A stretch of 45,744 bases of DNA from a virus. The position numbers and the translations under genes were made by a program. Under the pieces are notes generated by a model. The model did not search any database. It was not told the origin of the DNA and saw only the letters and a list, made by a program, of their open reading frames with translations. Shown piece after piece: positions 6,839 through 15,777 of the stretch. Numbering within the stretch: position 1 is the stretch's first letter; every line of letters begins with the position of its first letter. The stretch spans positions 1-45,744 of IMG/VR virus record IMGVR_UViG_3300017716_002598. The stretch is one strand, 5' to 3'.

Positions 6839-8077
6839 TCATGCTGCGAACGCCCGGCGCTCTTGCGGGACGAACGAGACGCCCTCTGCATCGTGGCCGC
6901 GCCGGATCGCGTCATAGACCATCTGGATCGGGACCGTCCGCCTTCCGATGTCGCCGTAGGTCCGGCTGCGGAACACAAGGCTCATGCTCTGCCGGGCGCG
7001 ATAGCCGCTCTCCTTGTGCCACTTGTCGCCTCGAGCGAGGGTGTTCCATGACTCGATGATGATGCCGTTCCGCTCCTTGACCGACATCTTGTGATGGATG
7101 TGGCCGACGTCGACGTAGTGGAAAACCGTCTCGGCGAAGTCCTGCTTGAAGTCGGACATCATCACTTCGGCCAGCCGCTCAATCGGGCAACGGTCGCTGT
7201 GGTGGGTCATCACCAGCGTCTTGCCCATCCGGTAGCCGATGAAGACGCTCTCGTTGTCGATGACGTGGACTCGCCCGCTCTCGGCATAGGCCACCGTCAG
7301 CAGTTCGTTCATGTAGAGATCGCCGAACCGGCTGTGATTGCCCTGGTTGATGATGACATCGACGTTCCGGGCCTTCGTCAGCGCGAGGTCGATCACGAAC
7401 CGCATGACCTTGCTGGACGTGCGGATCATCAGCCGGGGCCGCTGGGCGTCCAACGGAACGCGGGACCGGGCCGTCAGCTTCTCGGTGTTCTCGATGTGGT
7501 CGCGGTCGCCGAGGTCGTTGACCACGATGCGCTCGCAGGGCTCGATCTGGTCGATCAGCAGCCGGAACGCCGCGCACATTTCGCGCTCGGCAATCTCGAC
7601 GTTGAAGTCTGCGCCGGCCTCCGCTTCGTGGGCCAGCATCCCGATATGAGCGTCACCGATCTGAATCCACGGCACCACGTCGTAAGACGGGTCCGGGCAG
7701 GAGAAGGCCGGGACGACAATCGGCGTCTCCATGAAGGCGGCGACACCTTCGCGGATCAGGTCTTGCGCCGCGGCGTCCGGCGATTGCCTTTCCCAGACCC
7801 GCTCGACCCCACCGGGACCGCGCTGGATGGTAACCTTGCCCATCCGATAGCCGGGGGCCGTGCCGTCGTTGAAATGCCCCGGCGCGTGGCCGTGACGGGC
7901 GGCGGCTCTCTTGTAGGTGTCCAACGCCTCCCAGACCGCGTTGGGGGCCACACCGAGCGCCCTGGCCGCGGCGCGTTGGGTGCCGTGTTCCTTGACGGCT
8001 TCCAGATATTTGATCTGGGTCTCGGTCACCCAGCGGGGATACTTGTCGTCTTCGAGGGGAACGAAGGACAGGGCCAT
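6839..8077 (-). CDS. N-terminal HTH fused to a calcineurin-like metallophosphoesterase
   Basis: The HTH is around residues 20-55 (TQIKYLEAVKEHGTQRAAARALGVAPNAVWEAL). The full metallophosphoesterase motif set follows: GDAH (141), GDRDH (190), GNH (246), THH (291), GHIHH (325). Confidence 0.7.
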   Translation of the reverse strand: MALSFVPLEDDKYPRWVTETQIKYLEAVKEHGTQRAAARALGVAPNAVWEALDTYKRAAARHGHAPGHFNDGTAPGYRMGKVTIQRGPGGVERVWERQSPDAAAQDLIREGVAAFMETPIVVPAFSCPDPSYDVVPWIQIGDAHIGMLAHEAEAGADFNVEIAEREMCAAFRLLIDQIEPCERIVVNDLGDRDHIENTEKLTARSRVPLDAQRPRLMIRTSSKVMRFVIDLALTKARNVDVIINQGNHSRFGDLYMNELLTVAYAESGRVHVIDNESVFIGYRMGKTLVMTHHSDRCPIERLAEVMMSDFKQDFAETVFHYVDVGHIHHKMSVKERNGIIIESWNTLARGDKWHKESGYRARQSMSLVFRSRTYGDIGRRTVPIQMVYDAIRRGHDAEGVSFVPQERRAFAA

Positions 8078-8080
8078 GAT

Positions 8081-8383
8081 TCAATCCCAGAAGCGCCAGA
8101 AGGGCCGGGAGGGAGGCGTCAGCGCCCGCGTCTGGGCGTCGAAGGCTTGCACGGCCAGATCCCGGCGACCGTCGCACACGGCCAGCGCAGAGGCCCGGGC
8201 GGCATAGGTCGCGTCGAGGTCGGCCTGTGTCGGGCTATCCGGCAGAACCGGCAGTCGGCACCGCTCCCGCGCGGCCGGCGGCAGGGTCAGGATCGGCGCA
8301 GAAGCCGGGGAACTCGTCGCACAGGCGGAGGTCATGAGAGCGAAGGCGATCAGCCCGCTCAGGGGCAAGAGGCGTGTCGGCAT
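8081..8383 (-). CDS. o-spanin (Rz1-like outer-membrane lipoprotein)
   Basis: A signal peptide ends in the lipobox-like LMTSAC. The mature part is proline-rich. The gene starts inside the i-spanin gene in another frame. Confidence 0.7.
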   Translation of the reverse strand: MPTRLLPLSGLIAFALMTSACATSSPASAPILTLPPAARERCRLPVLPDSPTQADLDATYAARASALAVCDGRRDLAVQAFDAQTRALTPPSRPFWRFWD

Positions 8384-8666
8384 CGGGCGCGTTCCTCGCT
8401 TCGGTTTCGGCCTGAGCGGCGATCTCGCGCACGACGACCTCCCGCGTGTGAAAGGTCTCGGTGGCGACGGCGATCTCGGCCTGCCCGGCCGCCTCGCGCT
8501 CCAGGGTCGAGACCTGGCCCTCCAGCCGGTCGGCCTTGGCTTCGGCGCGATGAGCGGACCACTGCGGCGTGAATGGTATGAACCGGGCCGCGTGGTTCAG
8601 CCCCGCAAGGATCAGCAGCCCGGCGGCGATGTAGCCGAGCAAGGCCCACGGGATGCGGGCAGTCAC
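8235..8666 (-). CDS. i-spanin (Rz-like)
   Basis: An N-terminal transmembrane helix (WALLGYIAAGLLILAGL) is followed by a charged coiled-coil. The GTG start overlaps the endolysin stop. Confidence 0.7.
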   Translation of the reverse strand: MTARIPWALLGYIAAGLLILAGLNHAARFIPFTPQWSAHRAEAKADRLEGQVSTLEREAAGQAEIAVATETFHTREVVVREIAAQAETEARNAPDADTPLAPERADRLRSHDLRLCDEFPGFCADPDPAAGRAGAVPTAGSAG

Positions 8667-9046
8667 GGGTAACGCTTCCGGTCGAGTTCGACGTGCGGGC
8701 CGTCCCTCAGGGAGCGCCAGTCCCCGCCCCAGATGATCGGGACGTTCAGCTCCTTGGCTGCCCGCTTGAACGCGACCGCGACCTGACCATAAAGCGGCCA
8801 GTCCCAGCGAACCTTCCCTCCCACCAGGACCGCAAAGTCGATGGCGTGGCCGGTGATGTGGCGCGAGTTCATCGTTTGGGATGCGCCCGCCGCCTTGAGT
8901 TCACGCTGGCGAGCGACCGACCGCAGGCCCTCGGTGATGGTAAAGTCATGCGGGCTGTAGGTCAGGGCAAGTTCAACGACGCGCACCAGATCCGGGTGGA
9001 CGCCCTTCAGTCGGGACAGGGAGCGAGAGCCGAGAACGAAGGTCAT
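8663..9046 (-). CDS. Endolysin, peptidase M15 (L-alanyl-D-glutamate peptidase-like)
   Basis: Zn-ligand pattern SRHITGHAIDF ... GPHVE, at the typical size (127 aa). It lies between the holin and the spanins. Confidence 0.8.
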   Translation of the reverse strand: MTFVLGSRSLSRLKGVHPDLVRVVELALTYSPHDFTITEGLRSVARQRELKAAGASQTMNSRHITGHAIDFAVLVGGKVRWDWPLYGQVAVAFKRAAKELNVPIIWGGDWRSLRDGPHVELDRKRYP

Positions 9047-9288
9047 GGTTTCTTCCAGCTTGCGACGATGCGGGCGAGGTCGGACGCGGAAGCCCCGGCC
9101 ATGTAGAGCAGGGCGAAGAACGCTTGCGAGCCGATCAGGGCCAGCGCCACGTCACGCAGCGGTGCGCTCTCGGTCATCTGGGAAACGATGAAGGCCAGCA
9201 GGCCCGCCGTGACGGTCAGGTAGCCGATGGTGACCCAGCGCCGCCAACGGTGCGACGGCTCGGGAACGGGGTTGTCGGGGTCGATCAC
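9043..9288 (-). CDS. Holin candidate (81 aa, two transmembrane helices)
   Basis: The hydrophobic segments are WVTIGYLTVTAGLLAFIV and VALALIGSQAFFALLYMAG. The gene is immediately upstream of the endolysin. Confidence 0.65.
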   Translation of the reverse strand: MIDPDNPVPEPSHRWRRWVTIGYLTVTAGLLAFIVSQMTESAPLRDVALALIGSQAFFALLYMAGASASDLARIVASWKKP

Positions 9289-9563
9289 GCCGGGGGCCTC
9301 CGTCGCGTCGTATTGGTGAAGTGCTGCTCAAACAGACGGGTCAGGTGCTTCACCGCCTCCTCCACCCGAATGAGGGCGTTCGAGGTTTCGCGGTGCGCCA
9401 TCGACTCCGCGTCGGCCTTGGCATTGGCGGCGGCGAGATCAGCGTGAAGCGTCACAAGCTGCTCCTTCTGATTGTTGACGCGGCCCTCCAGCCGGACCAG
9501 CCAGATGATGACGGTCACGGCAGCAGCGCCGAGCGTGACGATGGTTCCAGCGTCCAGCGTCAT
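9285..9563 (-). CDS. Membrane-anchored coiled-coil protein (92 aa); possible second holin, antiholin or lysis regulator
   Basis: ATG 9563 overlaps the upstream stop (TGATG). It has an N-terminal transmembrane helix (IVTLGAAAVTVIIWLV). The longer track ORF 9285..9845 overlaps the upstream gene and is Arg/Gly-rich junk. Confidence 0.6.
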   Translation of the reverse strand: MTLDAGTIVTLGAAAVTVIIWLVRLEGRVNNQKEQLVTLHADLAAANAKADAESMAHRETSNALIRVEEAVKHLTRLFEQHFTNTTRRRPPA

Positions 9564-10615
9564 CAGGCTTCTCGCAGGAAAGAAAGCGCCGAGACCAGCA
9601 TCCGCCCCCGGACGCTCTCGGCCTCGGGGATCACCGCCAGGTCCACGGTGGGGTCGGTGTTGAACTTGGCCTCGCACATATAAGCGTTGCCGGTCCAGTT
9701 CTTGACCCAGACCGCCGGGTTGCTCACGACGTATCGCAGCGGCGAGGTGTAGGCCGCGCCTTCGTGGCCGTCCTTGTTGGTGCCGCCGCCCATCATCAGC
9801 CAGTAGGACCAGAGGGGCTCGAGCGGGATGTCGACGTCCACCCATCCGCTATCGGCCACATATTCGGTAGTGTTTGGCGCATACAGACCGCCGCCGCCGA
9901 AGCCGAGCTCGTCGCTGATGCAGGTTGCCTGGTTGAACGCGTTGACGAACGCCACCGACCCGTTGCCCGCCGGGTCCGCGCCCCAGTTGTAGGTTCCGAT
10001 CCTGGGGGCACCAGGGATGCGCGTCTGGAAATGCTGGAGGATCTTGGTGTTCCGACCCATCGACATATTCTGGGCCCGCATCCGCCAGCGCATCACCCAG
10101 CCCGACAAGTCATCCGTGGCAGGGCGGCCGATGCTGTTGTTCAGGACCGAGAAGTCGGGATAGCCGAGGTTCGGCGGCGCGAAGGCGTCGCCGTGCGCCG
10201 AATAGGATTGCAGCAGCAGCCGGATCTGCGCGACCCGGCGGTGATTCTCGTCGTCCGCCATCTTGGGCGAGACGCTGCCGGTCCGGGCGCTCAACGCGCC
10301 GCCGGTCTTCGTATATCGGCCGTGCTTCGTGCTGTCGGTGCTGTAGCAATACAGGATGTCCCCGTTCGCCCTTGCCCCGATGTCCGCCACCATCTTGGCA
10401 TAGGCGTCGTTGCTACCGTCTGGCGTCGAGAAGTATTCGACCGTGGGAACCTCGGTCCCGATGTTGATCTCGATAGCCGAGACCGCATCGTCCGCCGTCA
10501 CCACGCGGCGGGGGTGCGCGATGTAGGAAAGCCCCCCCGGCGCGGGCGAATAGAAGAACTTTGCCACCTTCGCGTCGGTGTTAAAATCCGTCCGCCAGTG
10601 TTCAACCAGAGCCAT
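9563..10615 (-). CDS. Tail-associated hypothetical protein (350 aa)
   Basis: ATG 10615 is preceded by AGGAGG. The N-terminal extension in the track ORF (to 10939) overlaps the upstream gene and looks non-coding. Confidence 0.7.
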   Translation of the reverse strand: MALVEHWRTDFNTDAKVAKFFYSPAPGGLSYIAHPRRVVTADDAVSAIEINIGTEVPTVEYFSTPDGSNDAYAKMVADIGARANGDILYCYSTDSTKHGRYTKTGGALSARTGSVSPKMADDENHRRVAQIRLLLQSYSAHGDAFAPPNLGYPDFSVLNNSIGRPATDDLSGWVMRWRMRAQNMSMGRNTKILQHFQTRIPGAPRIGTYNWGADPAGNGSVAFVNAFNQATCISDELGFGGGGLYAPNTTEYVADSGWVDVDIPLEPLWSYWLMMGGGTNKDGHEGAAYTSPLRYVVSNPAVWVKNWTGNAYMCEAKFNTDPTVDLAVIPEAESVRGRMLVSALSFLREA

Positions 10616-10625
10616 GCCAGGCCTC

Positions 10626-11816
10626 CTATTTGCTGAAGCGCGCGAGCGCGTAGATGCGGCTGTTGGCCATTGCGTAGAAGTCGGTCTGACTTGAAGCTGC
10701 GGCCTCGTCCGCCGGAACCCGGCGGTCAACCCTGACGAGGTAGAGCAGGCTCGACACGGGATCGCGGGCGATGACGCCGACGTCCCCCGCCAGCCAGCGC
10801 CCGGTCGCAACCTGGTCGACCGCGTTGAAGTCCCGGATCTGGAGATATTCAGCGTCGTTGAAGCCAACGATCTTGATGAGCATCCCGCCCTCTGCGGGGC
10901 GGTCTGCCGGGAACCTGACGTGAAGGTAGGTGTTCGCAAAGCTGTTGTTGGGCAGCGGGGTCAGCAGCGTGACGAGCAGTTTGGTCGGATCGCCTCCGTC
11001 CGCCACCGAGGTTCCGACTACATGGTAGGAGGGTGTCTTTGCCGGGACGAGGGCTTCGCTGGGGCTGACCGTGTAGTTGGTCATGACGAGGACGAACTTG
11101 TCGATGTCCGGCCTGTAGCGCATCAGCACGACCCCGTTGTCGCCCCAAGCCGGCACGGGAAGCAGGTCGGCCGTCGCGCTCATCAGGGGCTTGGCCCCGA
11201 TGCCGTCGATGTTGAGCGTGACGGTGCCCGAACTGTTCGACACCGCCATCGGGCAGAGGAACAGGTCGTTGATGTTGTAGGCCCCAAGGTTGCCATACTG
11301 GGTGGTCGTGACGATGGCGTTGGCGGTTGATGCGCCCGTCCTGAAAATATAGGCGAACCGGCCGTCCTGGCTCAGGTTGTTCGGGTAGACCAGAAAGTAG
11401 ACGCCGCTCGCCGCCGCATACTTGAGGAGGGCGAACTGGCCGGCGATCAGGGAGTTTGCCAGCAGGGATATGCCGGACGCGGCACGAACGGGGCGCGCGA
11501 TCCCGCCTCCGACGTCTGGAACGGTCAGGGTCACGGCCCCGGTGTTGTTGGCGGTGATCGGCAGAAGCAGCAGCTGGTCGGCCGCCCCGCCCACGATTGG
11601 CGTTCCCGTCACGGGGCTGCTCACCAGGGCGTTGGCCGTCCCCGTGGGCGTGTTGAGCGGCACAAGATACCGGACGGCCCCGACAGCCGTTGCCGCTGAC
11701 GCCGCCGCCGCCGCCGCGCTCGCAGCCGCGGCAGAGACCAAGGGGGCCAGCAACGCCGTGCCGGAAACCTCGACGGCAACCGCGTTGTTGACGACGGAAA
11801 TTTCGGCAATAGCCAT
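10626..11816 (-). CDS. Tail fibre protein
   Basis: The N-terminus is Ala-rich. Two related modules are present (NTGAVTLTVPDVGGGIARPV...YFLV and SSGTVTLNIDGIGAKPL...KFVLV). It lies in the fibre gene neighbourhood. Confidence 0.6.
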   Translation of the reverse strand: MAIAEISVVNNAVAVEVSGTALLAPLVSAAAASAAAAAASAATAVGAVRYLVPLNTPTGTANALVSSPVTGTPIVGGAADQLLLLPITANNTGAVTLTVPDVGGGIARPVRAASGISLLANSLIAGQFALLKYAAASGVYFLVYPNNLSQDGRFAYIFRTGASTANAIVTTTQYGNLGAYNINDLFLCPMAVSNSSGTVTLNIDGIGAKPLMSATADLLPVPAWGDNGVVLMRYRPDIDKFVLVMTNYTVSPSEALVPAKTPSYHVVGTSVADGGDPTKLLVTLLTPLPNNSFANTYLHVRFPADRPAEGGMLIKIVGFNDAEYLQIRDFNAVDQVATGRWLAGDVGVIARDPVSSLLYLVRVDRRVPADEAAASSQTDFYAMANSRIYALARFSK

Positions 11817-12214
11817 CAGACCGTGACCCCTTCTGCGATGATGAACCGACCCTCAAGCCAGCGGGTCTTGGCGACGCCGCCGCCCGTGATGATCAGGTCG
11901 TAGAACAGGACCACGTCGGTCCCGGCTTTCTGGCCGTTGGTCGAGGCCGGCAGCAGCGTGTCGATGGTGGACTCGTCGATCTGGATTTTCAGCGTGGAAA
12001 CGCTGACGCCGCTTTCCGTCGTAACCACGACCGAGAGGCCTTGCGTCCCGGCCGTCTGGTTGGTCAGGCTGATCAGCGCCGATCCCGCCGCGCCGGGCAA
12101 AAGGCGGACCTGAAGCGCGAACGTGCCGCCGGTAAAATTCAGCCCAACGAACCGAATGTCGTCAACGAAGGGCGTGTTGCGATAGACAGTGATGTCTAGG
12201 GTGCCAGGCGTCAT
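11816..12214 (-). CDS. Hypothetical beta-sandwich-like tail protein (132 aa)
   Basis: The start overlaps the downstream gene by one nucleotide. No specific similarity recognised. Confidence 0.6.
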   Translation of the reverse strand: MTPGTLDITVYRNTPFVDDIRFVGLNFTGGTFALQVRLLPGAAGSALISLTNQTAGTQGLSVVVTTESGVSVSTLKIQIDESTIDTLLPASTNGQKAGTDVVLFYDLIITGGGVAKTRWLEGRFIIAEGVTV

Positions 12215-12258
12215 TTTTCGGTTCCTCGCGCGGGCGTCGGGTTAGGCGGGTTTGGGCG

Positions 12259-12930
12259 TCACGCCCCGTAAAGGATCTCGATCAGGTATCGCTCGAGGGT
12301 CAGGGTGTCGCCCGCGTTCGCCAGCAGCCCGGTGATCCGAATGTCGAAGTTGGCCGAGGTGTCGATGGCAGAAGTGGCGTTGGCTCCGCCGTTCGTGCCG
12401 TAAGTGCCCGCGCCTGCCGTGGCCGCTATCTGCGAGCTCTGGGAGTTCCGGTTTATGATCGTTCTCAGGCCCTCATGCGTAAGGGTCGAGGCCAGCGAGA
12501 AGTTCTGAAAGGCGCTTCCGCCGAAGCGGTAGCGGATGTTCTTGGCGTTGGCGTTGTTTGCCCCGGCCGAGGCCAGAGTCGTGATCTGGATCGCCCCGTT
12601 CGGCCCCATCGCCCCGCCGGGCACGGTGACCAGAACAAAGTCCGTCTCGGTCGTCGTCCCCGTCAGGGGAATGGCGACGTTGCCCCGGGCCAGCACCCGC
12701 CAGCGGTCCCGGTCGACATATTCCGTCGTGGCCAGTTGAGTGCTTCTGGTGCCGGCGGCAGCGGTCGGGGCGGTCGGTGTTCCCGTGATGGCCGGGCTGC
12801 CAAGAATCCAGGAACGAACCGCCGACCAAAGCCAGCGCGCGTTCTGTCCGCTCTTGAGCCCGACGACGCTGTCGGCTCCATCGACGACCGTTTCCGCCCA
12901 CGATGCGTCGCTGAACTTCTCATTTGCCAT
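12259..12930 (-). CDS. Tail fibre protein with a conserved N-terminal fibre motif
   Basis: GTPTAPTAAAGTRSTQLATTEYV is the widely conserved fibre motif (G.PTAPT......T..ATT.(F/Y)V). Confidence 0.7.
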   Translation of the reverse strand: MANEKFSDASWAETVVDGADSVVGLKSGQNARWLWSAVRSWILGSPAITGTPTAPTAAAGTRSTQLATTEYVDRDRWRVLARGNVAIPLTGTTTETDFVLVTVPGGAMGPNGAIQITTLASAGANNANAKNIRYRFGGSAFQNFSLASTLTHEGLRTIINRNSQSSQIAATAGAGTYGTNGGANATSAIDTSANFDIRITGLLANAGDTLTLERYLIEILYGA

Positions 12931-12933
12931 TGG

Positions 12934-14784
12934 TCAGCCCAAGTTGATGAATGCGCCGGACTCGGCCAGCAGGAAGTCGCCCGGCTCGGTCAGCATCAGG
13001 TCCGCCAGGACCGCGCTCGCTGGCCCGACCGGCACGGACTCATTGCCGTCTGCATCGACGCTGGTGACCCAGTAGAACCAGGTCCCGGCCCCTGGCGTGT
13101 CCGTTGCCGTCCGGTTTTCCAGAAGGGCCCCGACTGACCCGCCGATCAGTGTCGCCGACCCGAAGACGGAAGAAGCGCCCCGATAGCGGCGCGTCGCATC
13201 GAACAGGGTGCCCGGGTTCCGCCACTCCAGCGTCACCGTCGCCCCCGCGACCGACACCGAGAAGCTGGACGGTGGCTCGACATAGGGCCCGGGAGGAGCG
13301 TCCGGGGTCACCGCCGGCGGTGCCACGCCGACTTGTGCCAAGGCCGCAGCGTGTTTGGCGTCCGTCTCTTGCCGGAAGGTGATCTCCACGCCGCCGGTCA
13401 TGGGGTCATAGGACCGATTGAGGCAGCGAACCTTGACCCCGTCCAGCAGGAAGCCGGGCTCGGCGAAGGTGAAGCAGTCGCCCGGCTCGATCCGGCGCAT
13501 ATGAGCCCGGAACGGCACGGTGCCCTGGATCGGCTCGCGCCGGTTGGCCAGTTCGTAATAGGTCAGCTGGGCGGCTTGATCTTCGTCCGGCACATAAGGG
13601 AGGTCGAACCCGGTCCCGCGCTCCCCGCCGTCCGCCGCAACCCACGCTGCGTCGGTAATCGGCTCGCGGGGCGTCATCTCCCAGTTGGCGGACTCGAGCC
13701 AGCAGCGCGGAATGGCGGTGTTGCGCCGCTTGATCCTGGACTGCCCGAAAGACAGGCGCACCGGCCCGTTGGTATCGGCCCCCGTGACGGTCACGACCGA
13801 CGCGACCTCCTCGGTGTGGACGATGCAGCTGATCCGGCCGGCCTTGCGCGAGGGCTCCGCGCCGCAGGCGGCCAGCAGTTTGGTCAGGACCTCATATTTG
13901 TCGTCGGTCGAGGTCGGGACCGCGGCGACCGTCCATCCGTTCGCGTCCGAGACGTTCGCGGCGGTGACGAAGGCCGCGACGTCGATCCCGTCCAGCGAGG
14001 AGCCGATCCCGGCGACGAGAGAGCAGTCGTAGGGCACCCCGTAGCGGTCCGGGGTGTAGGAGGCGGACAGGCCTTCCCAGCGTCCGATGGCCCAGTTCAG
14101 CGCGGCGAGGCCGGGGTTGTCGATCCAGACCCATGTCGTCGGGTCTTCAAGCCGGCAGGAACCGGACCCGCCCGGCCAGGTCGTATCGAGGCGGGGGTCC
14201 CATCCATAGACGCCCTCGAGGATGAAACGCGGCTTGACGATCCCGCCGGGGAACTCGCTGAACTTCGAGTTTTCCAGCATGGTCAGGCAATAGACGGCCC
14301 GGCCGGATGCCTTGTGGTCCGCCGTCCAGTTCGGAGCCGGGATTCCCGCGCCGCTTCCGGTCGGGCTGGTAAGCGCCGTCTGCGGCTGCGTCCCCAGTTT
14401 GGTCTGGAGCCACATCGCGCCGGAGTGTTCGCCGTTCGTCGCCTTGTTCAGCACCCCGTCGAAGGAGGTCAGTTCATCGTCGGCCGCAAAGCTGACGATT
14501 GACTGAATTGGTCCCGAGGCCGCGAGGGTGGCGAAGATCGACTGATATCGGTTCGTCGCGTCGTAGGTCACGCGATAGTTGACGTCGCCTGCGTATGGCA
14601 CTCGGCCGAACGGGATCGGGAGGCCGGCGTCGGTGCGATAGCTGAATTCCGTGGCCCGCGTCTCCGCGTCGAAAGTCGGGCGCGAGGAAGCGATCAGGAA
14701 GCCCGTGACGCCGAAAAGCAGAGTCGCGCCGACCGTCCCGAGGCCACCGATGAAATCCCCGACCGCCGCAACCGCCTTTCCCAT
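12934..14784 (-). CDS. Host-specificity / central tail fibre protein (lambda gpJ / RcGTA g15-like)
   Basis: Supported by size, by position after the NlpC/P60 gene, and by a C-terminal FN3-like segment (VTLEWRNP...WFYWVTSVDADGNES). ATG 14784 is chosen because it abuts the upstream stop. Confidence 0.75.
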   Translation of the reverse strand: MGKAVAAVGDFIGGLGTVGATLLFGVTGFLIASSRPTFDAETRATEFSYRTDAGLPIPFGRVPYAGDVNYRVTYDATNRYQSIFATLAASGPIQSIVSFAADDELTSFDGVLNKATNGEHSGAMWLQTKLGTQPQTALTSPTGSGAGIPAPNWTADHKASGRAVYCLTMLENSKFSEFPGGIVKPRFILEGVYGWDPRLDTTWPGGSGSCRLEDPTTWVWIDNPGLAALNWAIGRWEGLSASYTPDRYGVPYDCSLVAGIGSSLDGIDVAAFVTAANVSDANGWTVAAVPTSTDDKYEVLTKLLAACGAEPSRKAGRISCIVHTEEVASVVTVTGADTNGPVRLSFGQSRIKRRNTAIPRCWLESANWEMTPREPITDAAWVAADGGERGTGFDLPYVPDEDQAAQLTYYELANRREPIQGTVPFRAHMRRIEPGDCFTFAEPGFLLDGVKVRCLNRSYDPMTGGVEITFRQETDAKHAAALAQVGVAPPAVTPDAPPGPYVEPPSSFSVSVAGATVTLEWRNPGTLFDATRRYRGASSVFGSATLIGGSVGALLENRTATDTPGAGTWFYWVTSVDADGNESVPVGPASAVLADLMLTEPGDFLLAESGAFINLG

Positions 14785-14785
14785 T

Positions 14786-15205
14786 TTAGACCGTCCTCCA
14801 GGCGTGTAGGGCGTCGGCAATCCGGGCCACGACCGCGCCATCGTGCCCGTCGAGGAAGGTCAGCATTGCGCCGTTGCCGGTATGGACGGCCAAGGCCCCA
14901 ACGCCGCAGGTTGAGGGGATGGCGATCAAGTCCCCCAGACGGGCCGAGGCCCAGCCGATGCGGGGAAGACCCAAGGCGTCGACGGCAGCGTGAAGGTCGT
15001 CAAACCCCTTGCGCTTCAAGAGGCGCATCCCGGACCGCTCGCAGGACCATTTGCAGCCCTTCAAGATTGGCACCGCGACGCCGAGGTGATGAAGGAGATG
15101 CGCGGTCATACGCACGTCGTCGTTCTTGCCCGGGGCGTAGGTTTTGCCCTGGAACCGCGCGAGGCAGGCCGCGACGGCGGCGGCCCTCAGTTCTTGAGGC
15201 GTCAT
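14786..15205 (-). CDS. Tail-associated NlpC/P60-family peptidase (lambda gpK / RcGTA g14-like)
   Basis: ATG 15205 is ATGA-coupled. Sequence features are LGDLIAIP....GALAVHTG...TFLDG plus a conserved Cys region. It sits between the hub gene and the gpJ-like gene. Confidence 0.7.
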   Translation of the reverse strand: MTPQELRAAAVAACLARFQGKTYAPGKNDDVRMTAHLLHHLGVAVPILKGCKWSCERSGMRLLKRKGFDDLHAAVDALGLPRIGWASARLGDLIAIPSTCGVGALAVHTGNGAMLTFLDGHDGAVVARIADALHAWRTV

Positions 15206-15777
15206 CCGAGGGAGTTGTTCGGGTCGTCGGCCCGCCAATAGACCTTGACCTTGGCCCGGGACTGGAACTCGTAATGACGCTCGCCCGGCCAGACCTTCTG
15301 ATGGAACGCATCCGACTGGATCCGCTCCTCGTTCGGCTCCAGCATCCGGGCCTCCTCGGTGATGCACTCAAGATTGAGGGTCAGGTCCGCAGAGACGCCA
15401 AGGCTCGCGACGTCGAGTTCAACGCGCTGCAAGAGCTCTGGCTCGCCGACCAGAAGGCCAGTCGCCCGGTCAACGGCCCCAAGGTGAAGGGTGATCAGCG
15501 AGCCTTGAGCATCCTCCGCCGCCAGGTCCGCGACGGCCGCAATCGGCGGCATGATCGTCATCGCCCAGCTTGTGGCCTGATCGCCAGCCCCGTCCTCGAT
15601 CTTCTCAAGGTCGGCCATCGTCCCGAACGTCGCGCTGACCTCGCGGTAGGTTTGGCCGCCCCAGACGACGAAGCCGCCATCCGTCCAGCGGATCGTTGAG
15701 CCGGGCAGGATGACGGTGACCAGATGAACTCCGAGCGGCGCTGGGCCCTCGAGTTCGTCGATCAGGTCGGGGTCCAT
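15202..15777 (-). CDS. Tail hub / minor tail protein (RcGTA g13- or gpL-position)
   Basis: Called from position and a DUF2163-like N-terminus (IRWTDGGFVVWGGQTY). Confidence 0.55.
   Translation of the reverse strand: MDPDLIDELEGPAPLGVHLVTVILPGSTIRWTDGGFVVWGGQTYREVSATFGTMADLEKIEDGAGDQATSWAMTIMPPIAAVADLAAEDAQGSLITLHLGAVDRATGLLVGEPELLQRVELDVASLGVSADLTLNLECITEEARMLEPNEERIQSDAFHQKVWPGERHYEFQSRAKVKVYWRADDPNNSLG

Noticed and set aside
9563-10939. N-terminal extensions of many track ORFs, for example 9563..10939, 9285..9845, 14786..15367, 19881..20342, 38286..39257, 39041..39844, 40802..41677, 43491..44612 and 44453..45607.
   Set aside because: The extensions overlap the upstream gene in another frame and are Arg/Pro-rich. 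Internal ATG or GTG codons give ATGA or TGATG coupling, or good Shine-Dalgarno sequences. The shorter starts were used.
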